The translations under genes were made by a program, and so were the position numbers. A stretch of DNA of 52,135 nucleotides from the IMG/VR virus record IMGVR_UViG_3300044675_006493, positions 1 through 52,135 of that record; one strand, 5' to 3'. Numbering within the stretch: position 1 is the stretch's first letter; each line of letters starts with the position of its first letter. The DNA comes from a virus. Its lineage: Duplodnaviria; Caudoviricetes. Of the stretch, positions 29,301 through 38,943 are shown one piece after another. Under the pieces are notes generated by a model, which was not told the origin of the DNA, ran no database searches, and was given only the letters and a program-made list of their open reading frames with translations.

Positions 29301-29789
29301 TCAATCAAAGGAAGGAATAACGCCATTCAGGCCAACAGTCACCGGCATGCGCCAGCCTGCCATACCCCCCAAAGGACCCAAGGTGCGAACTTCTTGATAT
29401 TGAACCAGTTCGCAACCAACGACCCTAGAAAGGTTCTCCTGAATGCCGTTCACGAGGCACCAAGCATCGATGTGAAGCATTTTAACAGCATCCTGAATGG
29501 TTTCAAGGGATGGTGGGATATGCGTTCCAATCGGCCAGCAACGCCAAATATCAATAAAGAAAGTCACAACCAATTGGGTTTGACCTGCGTCATTGCGGCC
29601 AACCTGCCTTGTTTGAATCACATCATGCCAAAGCGAAAGAACCCCGCCATCGCAGAACTCCACAACTGGTTGACCATGATGCACATAACGCACATCAGGA
29701 AGATCAATCCCAGTTCTCGTTGGATCCAAAGCATCTTCCGCCAAAACAAGAAGATCTTCAGCCAAACGCCACAAATAGTCTGGAGCCAT
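29301..29789 (-). CDS. Tail terminator-like protein
   Basis: Position in the head-tail module; RCWP and GPLGGMAGW motifs. Confidence 0.6.
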   Translation of the reverse strand: MAPDYLWRLAEDLLVLAEDALDPTRTGIDLPDVRYVHHGQPVVEFCDGGVLSLWHDVIQTRQVGRNDAGQTQLVVTFFIDIWRCWPIGTHIPPSLETIQDAVKMLHIDAWCLVNGIQENLSRVVGCELVQYQEVRTLGPLGGMAGWRMPVTVGLNGVIPSFD

Positions 29790-29798
29790 AAAAGGATT

Positions 29799-30338
29799 CT
29801 ACCTAAAAATGCCGTCTCTGGATTGCTCTAGAGCATCAGCCCATGCTTTGTCAGTAACATTATTCGACCACCAACCCAAATTTTTGCTGAATCCAGTGCC
29901 CGGGTGAATGACAAAAGGTTCACGACGAATCTTTCCCTTTCTATCAACAAACAAAAGGTATTCTTCCCCGGGTTCAAAAGTTTTTTCTGCGGTCCACTGC
30001 CCCTTTTTATTTCTCACCGTAGAACCCCTACCTCGGCGATCCCTTGTGGTGCTGCCAGCAGAAATGCGATAGAAAGAATCCGTGGCTTTATCGCTCCACA
30101 AAGCCTGAGGAGCAGAAAAACCTAACTTTGAACGAACCACACCATCAGAATCGAGATATGGGGAAACCGCAACCATGGTTTCATTCAATTTAGGGAAACG
30201 ACGAGGGCGATCCAATGGATCCTCCTTGCCGCTGGGAACAGCCTCCTCAACATTTTTGCGAATGATCGCAAAAGCCTCCGTCGCCCTATTTAAAGCGGCG
30301 CGCTCCAAAAGACGTTTAGCGTCCTCAACCTTTGCCAC
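29799..30338 (-). CDS. Neck/tail-completion-like protein
   Basis: Basic protein with a VIHPGT motif in the head-tail module. Confidence 0.55.
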   Translation of the reverse strand: MAKVEDAKRLLERAALNRATEAFAIIRKNVEEAVPSGKEDPLDRPRRFPKLNETMVAVSPYLDSDGVVRSKLGFSAPQALWSDKATDSFYRISAGSTTRDRRGRGSTVRNKKGQWTAEKTFEPGEEYLLFVDRKGKIRREPFVIHPGTGFSKNLGWWSNNVTDKAWADALEQSRDGIFR

Positions 30339-31170
30339 AGAACCGATTCACCCCACGCAACGGATACGCGTAATAATCAACACCCAAACGGGCAGCAGAC
30401 ATAGGGGGCCTACAAGACGCATCAGGAACATTTCTACCTGAAACCATCATAGAACGCTTGCGGCGACCCTTGGGATTAACGGCCCTGATCCAAGCATCCA
30501 CAGGAGGCAAACCAACCATGCCCCTGAAAATCACGTTCAAAGGATCAACCATGATGGTCGAAATCCCCTGACGGGTCATGTATTGGGTTCGCATGGGCAG
30601 AGCGCAATCCAAGTTGCAGAAAGATTTCGCCAACTCTGCCGCGTACAAAGCGCACGACAACTTGCCCGCCTCGGGAGGCTCAATCCCATGAACAATACGA
30701 ACCTCAAACGTATCAGCAACCGTTACAGGCAAAGAAAGATTCTGGTCGCAAGGCCAATCATTCCCGTCTACACGCACCAAATAACGCTCATCTTGCAACT
30801 GATAAGCACTAGGAGAAAGCGTCACACCATCAATTTTGACGTGAAGAACACTCTGAACAGGGAAAAATCCCAACTCAATCTTATTGGTAGGCGTGCAAAC
30901 ACCAGTTGCGGAATCGAACTCCCCCCAAGAAGGAACCCAACCCGGAACCTTAAAAGGAGTAGAAGTATCCTCAGCGCAAGGACGTACAGAAGAAGTCTGA
31001 GAACCAGACCACCGCCGTCCCGTCATTTCATACAGGACGGCAGTGGCAATATCAATACCGGCTTGCGCCGCGACATCATTAACGGCCTCAGGAAGAGGGC
31101 AGAGAACGTCTTGATAGTCCTCGTCCGTCAAATCCTCAATCGTGATCCACGGTCTTGGTTCGATAGTCAT
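30325..31170 (-). CDS. Head-to-tail adaptor
   Basis: AT.VLY..TGRRW.G...VRPC, WP.DQNL, C.LP.R....TRQGIS, GLP.VD.WI..VNP motifs of actinophage adaptors. Confidence 0.75.
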   Translation of the reverse strand: MTIEPRPWITIEDLTDEDYQDVLCPLPEAVNDVAAQAGIDIATAVLYEMTGRRWSGSQTSSVRPCAEDTSTPFKVPGWVPSWGEFDSATGVCTPTNKIELGFFPVQSVLHVKIDGVTLSPSAYQLQDERYLVRVDGNDWPCDQNLSLPVTVADTFEVRIVHGIEPPEAGKLSCALYAAELAKSFCNLDCALPMRTQYMTRQGISTIMVDPLNVIFRGMVGLPPVDAWIRAVNPKGRRKRSMMVSGRNVPDASCRPPMSAARLGVDYYAYPLRGVNRFCGKG

Positions 31171-31188
31171 CGAACCTCCTTTTATTTA

Positions 31189-31890
31189 TCAGGAGGCGAT
31201 GGCAGGAACTTCGATGTAACCACACTGAGCAGCAGGCAGCGTATCGTCAAGGAACCAGCCACCAGCAGTGGTGATACCACCAGCCGACACCACAGGCGTC
31301 GGGAAGTCCTGATACGGACCATCAGCGGGCATCTCGCTGTTTTCCTGAGCGTAACCAGTCACAGGAATACGGAGAATGTCGTTCTGGAGGGTCAGGGCAC
31401 CCATCTGGAAACGAACCGAGGGGAAGAACCAGCGGAAGTAAAGAACGTCGCTGGAAGAACCACCGATGAGCGAAGCGTTCGCCTGCTGGTTGCTGTCCCA
31501 AGCCTTCGTCCACAGTTCCATCGCCACACCATTCGGCGGAGTGTCAGTCGAAGAGGGAAGAGAGGCACCAATCGTGACCTCTTCCACGTTGTCGTAGAAG
31601 GTGTCAGCGCCAACCAGAAGACCAACCAACTCGGAATCCAACTGGCAGAATTCCATGTCGATGTTGATTCGCTTAAGACGATCCGCATCCTTGAAGGTCT
31701 GGCAAAGAGCGCCACAACCGTTCTTAAGAACGAAGTCGTCACCAGCCTCCAACTCCACAGTCAGGTTCGCCTGAACAATGGCATCGGAGATGTAACCGGT
31801 ATCAAGACCAGCGTCAGGAAGGCCACCAGAGGTCAACTGAGCGACCCGGATTCGACACACCTGAAGTGAACCAACACAATTTGCGGACAT
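31189..31890 (-). CDS. Major tail protein
   Basis: RIRVAQL..GG...KNGCGALC...LKR..I..EFCQLD...AMELWT pattern; codon usage of a highly expressed gene. Confidence 0.75.
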   Translation of the reverse strand: MSANCVGSLQVCRIRVAQLTSGGLPDAGLDTGYISDAIVQANLTVELEAGDDFVLKNGCGALCQTFKDADRLKRINIDMEFCQLDSELVGLLVGADTFYDNVEEVTIGASLPSSTDTPPNGVAMELWTKAWDSNQQANASLIGGSSSDVLYFRWFFPSVRFQMGALTLQNDILRIPVTGYAQENSEMPADGPYQDFPTPVVSAGGITTAGGWFLDDTLPAAQCGYIEVPAIAS

Positions 31891-31929
31891 TTAAAATACC
31901 TCGTATTTCCTTAAATGAATAATAGCAGA

Positions 31930-32808
31930 CTATGAGACACCAGAGCAGTCGGTTTCACACACATCAATTTCAACAGCCAATTGAGCGCAGCCCTTCCAAT
32001 ACGCTGCAACAATTCGCTCCGCCCTCCACTCCACGAGATTCGTATCACGATCCATCGCGGACGTGTAATCATCAGGTGAAGGAAGAACAGTGATTTGTGC
32101 GTCACGACGAATCTGAACAGGATCCGTCCCGAAGATGAAAGCGGTGGTGTCAGTACGAGGATCGCCAGCAGGACTCATCCCCGAATAGCCGCTATCCGCA
32201 ACAACAATATTGTCAAAAGCATCAAGAAGAAAAACGCCTTCCCGACGAATAAGCCCTGCCATGTACCAGAACGAAGCAACATCACGAGTAGCGTGAATCA
32301 TGCCTCGGCCGGGAAGCGCAAGCGCAAGTTCTCTCTGCAAAGCAATCAGGCCGTAGACGGGTGAATGCAAACCAGAAATAACAGTCGCGTTCCCGTCAGT
32401 CAAATACGGGTTAGGCAAACCTGCTTCCTGAGCAACATTGCCTTCCCACAGTTCCTTCGCCATAATCGCCGATTCGGCAAGTTCATACGCTGCCGTGGCA
32501 CGACCAACAAAATCGCGGCTCCTGAACGTAGCAGGAGAACACTTATCGCCAGCGTAAGCCACGTAAGGGCTGTATTCGATTACCCAGTTCTCAGGAAAAT
32601 CGTTCTTGGGATCTGGGACAGGAATTTCTTCATCGACGGGAGGGCAGAAGAAATGAGTGCCACCGTATTCGGTGCAACCCATCGCATCAAACGTAATACC
32701 AGCAATCCAACGATCGGTATCACGAACCTCTTCCGAAGAGGCAATCAAACTATGGCGGGGGGGAGTGGACCGAGGCCCATCAACCGGAACATACGACATA
32801 TCAGCCAC
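31930..32808 (-). CDS. Second capsid protein (pentamer-type/minor capsid)
   Basis: Directly downstream of the MCP; PY.AY...CS, ES..A.ELW.G, GMIHA, VVAD.GY, AER motifs. Confidence 0.6.
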   Translation of the reverse strand: MADMSYVPVDGPRSTPPRHSLIASSEEVRDTDRWIAGITFDAMGCTEYGGTHFFCPPVDEEIPVPDPKNDFPENWVIEYSPYVAYAGDKCSPATFRSRDFVGRATAAYELAESAIMAKELWEGNVAQEAGLPNPYLTDGNATVISGLHSPVYGLIALQRELALALPGRGMIHATRDVASFWYMAGLIRREGVFLLDAFDNIVVADSGYSGMSPAGDPRTDTTAFIFGTDPVQIRRDAQITVLPSPDDYTSAMDRDTNLVEWRAERIVAAYWKGCAQLAVEIDVCETDCSGVS

Positions 32809-32845
32809 GATCCACCCTATCCCCTACCTAGTCGATAACCTGCGC

Positions 32846-34552
32846 TCAGGATGCGCAGAAATCGGAAGCGTCGATCCCAGCAGCAGAAGCGCCGTCAGGA
32901 CACACCGTGGAAGTGATCCACAGCGACTCAACACCCCGATGGGCGAGACCCTCAAAGGTCTCCACGAACGTCTCGTAATCGTTCGTGCTGTTCAGCGTAG
33001 CGTCACGCACGATCCCAAGATCAAGGGTGCCACCATCAAGGAACAGGTGATGGCCCTCGTCGTAGAGACCCCACTGGACGGTGCTGGGGAATGGGTTCAG
33101 AGCGCCAGCGCCCTGCGCACCAAACACCTGCGAAGTGCCAGTGGTGGGAGTGTCGTCGTAGAACGTGATGTTCACGCCTGCGACAGCAACCGCGCGACGG
33201 AAGATCGACTCGCCCTCAGCCACAAAAGCAGCCTCGCTCTGAAGACCACGCATGAGGTCCACATCGCCAAGGGTGGTGATCCACCGAGGAACCAGCGCAC
33301 GAAGCACCACGCCCGGGGCACGATGACGGCTCCGGTACGCAGCAGCCGCACGCTTGATCGCCTCAGCGAGATCGCGCGAAGCGCCAAACGACTGGCCAAC
33401 AGTGACAGCAGTCGAAGCGCCCTTGATCCCGTCAAGGAGCATCGTCTCACCAACACGCGCGTGAGCAGCAAGCGCGAGTTCGTTGAAGTTCGCAACGTTC
33501 TCGGGGAACGCCCGCGACCCCATGTTGCCAAAGCGAAGACGCTTCACAATGGCCTGCGTGAGGTACTCAGTGAACTCGGGGCAATCGATGGCCTGCACAC
33601 CCTTGGTGGCACCATCGGGATCTTCGTCAGTGGCGTTGTCCCACACCGAAATGGCTGCATCAGCGTCAGACGCATCATAGGCAACCGTGATATCGGCAAG
33701 CGTGGGGGAAGTCGCAACCCGAAGGCCACCGCGAGTCGCGGCAAACCCGGGAAGCGAATCACGCACCGGACGACCTGCCTCGCTGATCTGCACAAGGCCG
33801 TAATCCACATCGGTGGGGGCGCACCAGCCGCCAGAAGCGACGATGCTTTCCGTCCAAGACGAGGGGTTCTGGCCAGCAGCAACAACAGCCTCAATCTTGC
33901 CTTCGGTGCTGCTTCCGTCCATCTCCGACAGAACGCGATCCTCGGAGTACTCGGCAGCGATGCGAGCAACACGCACACGGTTGCCATACACCCCAGCGGT
34001 ACCTGAGTTCCAAGCGTCAGCCATTTCCTTGGCCAGACCCTTGAAGCCATCAATCTCGCCGTTCTGACCCATGATCCGGTAGTTCTTCGCCGGAGCAGCG
34101 GGACGTGGACGCGACTTCACTGGAGCAACCTTGGCGATGTCTGCGAGAGCAGGAGCAGCAGCCACAACAGCAGCCTCAACCTCTGCCTCAACAACAGCCT
34201 CAGCCTCAGCGATAACCTCAGCGACCTCAGCCTCAGTCGGCTCAGCGGTCTCGGCCTCCACGGTCTCGGCAGGAGCCTCAACCTCGGCAACCACAAGGCG
34301 CGCTTCAAGCGCAGCGATCTCGGCAGCAGCGGCCTCGGCCTGAGCAAAACGCTCAGCGGCAGCGACAGCGAGAAGTTCGGTGGTCTCAACGATCACGCGA
34401 AGGGTGTCAAGGTCGGTGGCGTCGATGCCCTCAACCTCGCCACCACGAACAGCGGTGAAAAGATCGGTGAGTTCGATGTGAAGGTCACCGATCTGGCCAT
34501 CGGTCAGATCACCACTCTCCACGGTCTCAAGAATTTCAGTAATGCGAGTCAT
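32846..34552 (-). CDS. Major capsid protein with an Ala/Glu-rich N-terminal scaffold-like region
   Basis: ASGGWCAP..VDY, RGGL, LDLGIVRD.TLNSTNDY..F.ETFEG motifs of actinophage capsids. Confidence 0.9.
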   Translation of the reverse strand: MTRITEILETVESGDLTDGQIGDLHIELTDLFTAVRGGEVEGIDATDLDTLRVIVETTELLAVAAAERFAQAEAAAAEIAALEARLVVAEVEAPAETVEAETAEPTEAEVAEVIAEAEAVVEAEVEAAVVAAAPALADIAKVAPVKSRPRPAAPAKNYRIMGQNGEIDGFKGLAKEMADAWNSGTAGVYGNRVRVARIAAEYSEDRVLSEMDGSSTEGKIEAVVAAGQNPSSWTESIVASGGWCAPTDVDYGLVQISEAGRPVRDSLPGFAATRGGLRVATSPTLADITVAYDASDADAAISVWDNATDEDPDGATKGVQAIDCPEFTEYLTQAIVKRLRFGNMGSRAFPENVANFNELALAAHARVGETMLLDGIKGASTAVTVGQSFGASRDLAEAIKRAAAAYRSRHRAPGVVLRALVPRWITTLGDVDLMRGLQSEAAFVAEGESIFRRAVAVAGVNITFYDDTPTTGTSQVFGAQGAGALNPFPSTVQWGLYDEGHHLFLDGGTLDLGIVRDATLNSTNDYETFVETFEGLAHRGVESLWITSTVCPDGASAAGIDASDFCAS

Positions 34553-34625
34553 TGAATTTCAGGTGCTTTCTCGTTTAGCCCTTGTAGGCTTCGCAACAAC
34601 AAAAGTTATGGCGAGTCCGAGGCCA

Positions 34626-34687
34626 CCTGCTATGCAGGATTGCCTGCTGCAACGCTATGCGTTGTTTAACTCAACAAAAGTGTAACA
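34626..34687 (-). promoter_or_regulatory. MCP leader: extended -10 plus twin GC-ATA-GC hairpins
   Basis: Minus strand: TGtTACACT at 34687-34679, then CAACGC-ATA-GCGTTG and CCTGC-ATA-GCAGG. Confidence 0.45.
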
Positions 34688-34707
34688 CACATTTTAAAGC
34701 GGGTGTG

Positions 34708-34869
34708 TCAGCCAAAGATGCGGAGTGCTTTGCCTGTTTGCTTGCCCACAATGCGCCTTGCAATGCGAGGAACAACGGTGCCCTTCGACAACGCATTCAC
34801 GTCTCCAAGAAACTTGGAAAACGCGTAAGCGGATGTTCGGACGTTTGTGATTGAAAGTCCCTTGGCCAT
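34708..34869 (-). CDS. Small basic protein (53 aa), below the ORF-track cutoff
   Basis: Manual translation: MAKGLSITNVRTSAYAFSKFLGDVNALSKGTVVPRIARRIVGKQTGKALRIFG. Confidence 0.6.
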   Translation of the reverse strand: MAKGLSITNVRTSAYAFSKFLGDVNALSKGTVVPRIARRIVGKQTGKALRIFG

Positions 34870-34881
34870 TTCTTTATTATC

Positions 34882-35022
34882 TCACACCTGAACGTAACGG
34901 CCGCATCTTGGACAATGGCCTCGCACAACATTTTTTAGCGTTAAATCCCAATCACATGCTTTGCATTTGGTGACAATTGTCACAGGATATTCGGTGGGAA
35001 GGGATTTTTCTACAAGAGCCAT
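34882..35022 (-). CDS. Small zinc-ribbon protein (46 aa)
   Basis: Manual translation: MALVEKSLPTEYPVTIVTKCKACDWDLTLKNVVRGHCPRCGRYVQV. Confidence 0.5.
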   Translation of the reverse strand: MALVEKSLPTEYPVTIVTKCKACDWDLTLKNVVRGHCPRCGRYVQV

Positions 35023-35082
35023 AGGGCTGACTATCCTAACGGGTTTTAAGGGGACGCGCGCTTGGGTTAGAAGTGTCTAATG

Positions 35083-36255
35083 TCACAACACACGCAAATT
35101 GTCCCAACCGTCACCATCAATGGTGTAAGTAAGAATCCCAGAACGCGACTTTCCGCCTCCCCTGTTCTCCCACCAAACACTCCCACCATCCATCGCTGGA
35201 CACTGGAAATGGACACGGGGACCGTGGTCCACAACGGAAAGATGATGATAATGCGCAGTAGTCAAATACTCTGCATCACCAATAGGTGACTGCATGAACG
35301 CATGATCCTTCCACCAATTCTGCTGCTTTTGCTGAGGAGTGGAACCGCGACCTGCGATATGCCCGTGAGCGAATCCGCACAGTTTGTCATAGATATCAAA
35401 AACGACATGAAGGCGATCATCGGGGATGTGGAAATTCACATGCCCAAACGCTTCTGGATTAGTCGCAAGGGTTTCAGCAACCATTTCAAACACTGCAACA
35501 TCGTCGTTGTCGCTCGGCGTGGTGAACGATTTGCCGTCCTTGCGGTTTTCCCCATGATTTCCGGCAACACCAGAGACAACCAGTGGGATACCCAAACGAG
35601 AAAGACCAATAACCAGATCACGAAGAAGCCGTCGAACGACACGAACTTGTTGCCTTCGGTCCAATTCGACCGTAAAAGTTTGTTGGGCATAATGACCGTC
35701 GCAGTTTTCTACTAAGTCTCCCATGCCAACAATATAAATCTGTGCAGGTTTAGTTTTGCGTGCGTGTTCAATAATTCTTTGCCAAGAATCCAAGACGCGC
35801 AGAACAGTTCCTTCTGTCCCATCTCCATCAGCCTTTCCTATCTGGAGATCTGACGGGCAGATAATAAGCGCCGAATCGGAAAGGGGCTTTACAGATTTGA
35901 CCGGTTTGTAACGGCTAATGCCAGATAGCAACTCATCGACATCCACTCGTTGCGAAAATCTTCGTTTAAGACGAGCCTTATATTGATAACGCCATTCGCC
36001 ATCTCCGCCTTCCCAGCGATTGACGTACAAGGTGCCCGGTTCAATTTCCCATTGATCGGGATCCATGTGCCAACCGTTAAGAAGTTCGACCTCATCAGCA
36101 TCCCTAGAAAAAACTTCTGAGATCGCTGAAGCCTCATTGTCGGACTGGACGACATGAGGTTCCCAACCCGTTGGATAACCAGATCGTTTGCGTCGATTGC
36201 CTTCTGGATGTTGAACGCCCTCGTTGGGGGGCAAATACTCGTTAAGAGACGACAC
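35083..36255 (-). CDS. Calcineurin-like metallophosphoesterase/nuclease
   Basis: SDLQIG, GDLVE, GNHGE, AHGH, AHYHH motifs. Confidence 0.85.
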   Translation of the reverse strand: MSSLNEYLPPNEGVQHPEGNRRKRSGYPTGWEPHVVQSDNEASAISEVFSRDADEVELLNGWHMDPDQWEIEPGTLYVNRWEGGDGEWRYQYKARLKRRFSQRVDVDELLSGISRYKPVKSVKPLSDSALIICPSDLQIGKADGDGTEGTVLRVLDSWQRIIEHARKTKPAQIYIVGMGDLVENCDGHYAQQTFTVELDRRQQVRVVRRLLRDLVIGLSRLGIPLVVSGVAGNHGENRKDGKSFTTPSDNDDVAVFEMVAETLATNPEAFGHVNFHIPDDRLHVVFDIYDKLCGFAHGHIAGRGSTPQQKQQNWWKDHAFMQSPIGDAEYLTTAHYHHLSVVDHGPRVHFQCPAMDGGSVWWENRGGGKSRSGILTYTIDGDGWDNLRVL

Positions 36256-36484
36256 TATGGCCCTTCCTCAGAAACCACGAGTCCAACATGGTTTTCGTAA
36301 TGTGCAGATATTGACCATCAAAATCTTCGTCGTGAAGCCACGCAATCATCTGAGAAGACGAGTGTGTTCTTTTTGTGCGCGCCTCTATCAACTGATCAAC
36401 AACGTCCTGAGGAAGGAGATCAATTGCAGACTTCTTGTGGCTTGAACCACCCTGCACATCAGCAAGTCGTTTAGGTTTCGACAC
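36242..36484 (-). CDS. Small hypothetical protein (HTH-like)
   Basis: Overlaps the phosphoesterase start; SD present. Confidence 0.55.
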   Translation of the reverse strand: MSKPKRLADVQGGSSHKKSAIDLLPQDVVDQLIEARTKRTHSSSQMIAWLHDEDFDGQYLHITKTMLDSWFLRKGHSVVS

Positions 36485-36486
36485 TT

Positions 36487-36639
36487 TTATTCCCCTTTAC
36501 TGTTTACAACCGTAATCAGCACAAGCGAAGTCATAAAAAGCCATATCAGAGAAAAAGTCTGATAGCCCATCGACGACCACGAAAGAGCGGCAAGGAAATT
36601 AATGACGAGCAAAATGCTTGCTGTCAGGCGCACGTCCAT
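36487..36639 (-). CDS. Small two-TM membrane protein (50 aa)
   Basis: Manual translation: MDVRLTASILLVINFLAALSWSSMGYQTFSLIWLFMTSLVLITVVNSKGE. Confidence 0.45.
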   Translation of the reverse strand: MDVRLTASILLVINFLAALSWSSMGYQTFSLIWLFMTSLVLITVVNSKGE

Positions 36640-37160
36640 GGTCCCCACCCTGCTCTTGCGTACAGGTCATAAGCGTAGGCGATATTGGCTTGTGGGTCAA
36701 ACATGGCGTCCCAAGTCAATCCGCGTTCTTGAAGGTAAGGAATGTGGACTGGATGAATTTGAAAAAGGCCGCGCTCTCCAGCGGATCCAACCGTTGAAGG
36801 ATTGAATCTGGATTCGCAATAGACAACTGATAGTGCCTTATCGCAATCCCCCGCAAAGGTATCGCAAATCATTTTTTCGATGCCCACCAAATCGGCTGGT
36901 GGCGCAACGGGTTCCTCAACAATTGGCTCAGGGGCCGCAGCCATAGTCGTTGGCACCGGAATAACAATTGTTGAAGTGGTGCTAGTAGTGGTACTAGATG
37001 TAGTTGTTGTTGAAATAACAGTAGTAGGTGTAGTGGTTGTTGCGTACTCAACGACATTCGCAGGAGATTCCTGCGGGGTCGCACAGGCAACCAAAACAAA
37101 AAGGCCCAACACAAAAAATGGGGCGAATGCGACAAACGGCCGCTTTAAAAATTTACTCAT
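36624..37160 (-). CDS. Secreted/membrane-anchored lytic transglycosylase (SLT-like)
   Basis: Signal peptide with a possible lipobox (LVAC), Thr-rich linker, CESRFNP...GLFQI...DPQANI..A...GW.PW.C. Confidence 0.85.
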   Translation of the reverse strand: MSKFLKRPFVAFAPFFVLGLFVLVACATPQESPANVVEYATTTTPTTVISTTTTSSTTTSTTSTIVIPVPTTMAAAPEPIVEEPVAPPADLVGIEKMICDTFAGDCDKALSVVYCESRFNPSTVGSAGERGLFQIHPVHIPYLQERGLTWDAMFDPQANIAYAYDLYARAGWGPWTCA

Positions 37161-37197
37161 AGTGTTCTCCCTTCGGCTTGAAAGCCAAGGGTAACCG

Positions 37198-38943
37198 CTA
37201 CTTGTTGATTCGTGCGCCCAACTTCAAAACGGCTTCGTCGGAGAAGCCAAGAATGTCAACAATCGCCTCTAATTTAGCGATTCTTGCCTTCAAAAGATCG
37301 TTTGTGACATTCGACTCACCACAGCCGCAATCGTCGTCAATTACGCCAGCAGCAACCAAAGCGACCTGATTGCCTGAAGCAGTAACGCCCGCTTGCACCC
37401 CGCGAGGAACCGGGAAACCGGGAACATTTACAGCCAAAGCAGCAACAAGTTCAAGATTGCCCTTCAGGCTTCGCCAGTCACCAGAAAGTGAAGCACCCCT
37501 GAATTCGCGAACCTGTTCGGCGTTAATGCCCGGGCGAAGCGCGCCAGCAACCCAAATTCCGTAATCGTCTTCACCACAAACAACGTCTGCAACAGCAAAA
37601 CCGGTGTGTTCGTAGTGGGCGATAGCAGCAGCAGCCGAAACGCCCGGACGAGTCGAAGCATGTCCAGTACTCATCGTAATCGACCCAACCGCAACATTTT
37701 CACCGTTTTCGCAAACAATGTAACCGGTGCGGAAATACGAATAATCGGTTGCGCTACGAGGAGGCATCAAACAAATGTCGCTACGACCCGTATGGCAGGT
37801 GTTCCACAGCGCAAGATGCCCATAAACATACCCTTGATCTGAAATGAACAGAGGGGTAGGCGCATCAAGATCAGGGTTTTCAAACCAATCTGAAGGAGGA
37901 GCAGTGGGGGCTGACGAAGCAATCAAAGCGTGATACGTCGCGTCGTCAAGGTTTTCGGGGCCACCCCAAATATTCGCGGAGGCCACCTGAACCACTTTGG
38001 CTGATTCAATCGCTTGAAACGGGGCGAGTGTCACGGCCCCAATCTTTCCTTCGACGAGATGCATAATCTCTTCGTTGTCGTATTCGATAACTTCGTCACC
38101 GACCTCCATGCTGACACCAGTCAAGAAGCCATCACGAACCTCTGCGGCGACCTGACGACCAAAGTCCGTGTTCAGATTGAATGTCGCTGACGCAACAAGA
38201 ATCGGGCCGGTGCCATCACCTGAAGAAGCATCGATCGAATCGACAGTAACGCCGTCCAGCGACATGACACGCAAGAAGTTATCGATACGGCCTGCACGCT
38301 GATTGGGGTCATGATTGACCGTCAACGAAAGAGGCGGGTTACGCCAAGACAACGATCCTAGATCGGCAACACGCCCATCTGAAGTGACTTCGCCTTCAGT
38401 GGCAACAACAATAACGGCGCGAGTAGGAAGATCAAAATCGGTGACAACCATAACGTCTTCGTTGTCGTCCTCTTCGTCCTCTTCGTCTTCAACCCCCGGC
38501 ACGATCTGAGGATCAGACATTTCCTCGTCGTCCTCGTCGTCCTTAGGGCCTTTGTAACCCAGTTCGTTCTCGGCACGCATGGAAACAATTGTAGCCGAAG
38601 CCTCACCCTCGCGCTCCAACCTAGCCGCGGTTCGTTCCGCCCAACGCATTGCGCGTTCAGAAACGGGTTTTGTTACGCCGCCACCCCACAAAAGGTGAGC
38701 GACCTGACCCGGTGACGGATAATCCTTGTCGCCCCGTTGAGGCGCTGTATCCAAATCAACCATGTGACGGGCGAACCATGCAGCCATACGCTTAGGTTTG
38801 TTGTCAGGAAGGTCGCCGTCTTCTACGGCTTGACGGGCCTCACGCACCGTTTGGGGCATCATGCCGTCGCCTGATTGACCTGCCTCATGGTAGGCAAGGC
38901 CACGACGAAAGTTGTCACGCATCCATTCAGGAACCCGGGGCAT
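37198..38943 (-). CDS. Capsid maturation protease (multi-domain)
   Basis: Central NHD...GRID...GFLTGVSMEV protease domain; C-terminal VYGHLALW.TCH domain; N-terminal RMAAWFARH...PSPGQVAHLLWGG domain. Confidence 0.75.
   Translation of the reverse strand: MPRVPEWMRDNFRRGLAYHEAGQSGDGMMPQTVREARQAVEDGDLPDNKPKRMAAWFARHMVDLDTAPQRGDKDYPSPGQVAHLLWGGGVTKPVSERAMRWAERTAARLEREGEASATIVSMRAENELGYKGPKDDEDDEEMSDPQIVPGVEDEEDEEDDNEDVMVVTDFDLPTRAVIVVATEGEVTSDGRVADLGSLSWRNPPLSLTVNHDPNQRAGRIDNFLRVMSLDGVTVDSIDASSGDGTGPILVASATFNLNTDFGRQVAAEVRDGFLTGVSMEVGDEVIEYDNEEIMHLVEGKIGAVTLAPFQAIESAKVVQVASANIWGGPENLDDATYHALIASSAPTAPPSDWFENPDLDAPTPLFISDQGYVYGHLALWNTCHTGRSDICLMPPRSATDYSYFRTGYIVCENGENVAVGSITMSTGHASTRPGVSAAAAIAHYEHTGFAVADVVCGEDDYGIWVAGALRPGINAEQVREFRGASLSGDWRSLKGNLELVAALAVNVPGFPVPRGVQAGVTASGNQVALVAAGVIDDDCGCGESNVTNDLLKARIAKLEAIVDILGFSDEAVLKLGARINK

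Noticed and set aside
30583-34006. Long plus-strand ORFs 30583..31869 and 32657..34006
   Set aside because: Antisense shadows of the adaptor, major tail and capsid genes caused by biased codon usage; no recognisable motifs.
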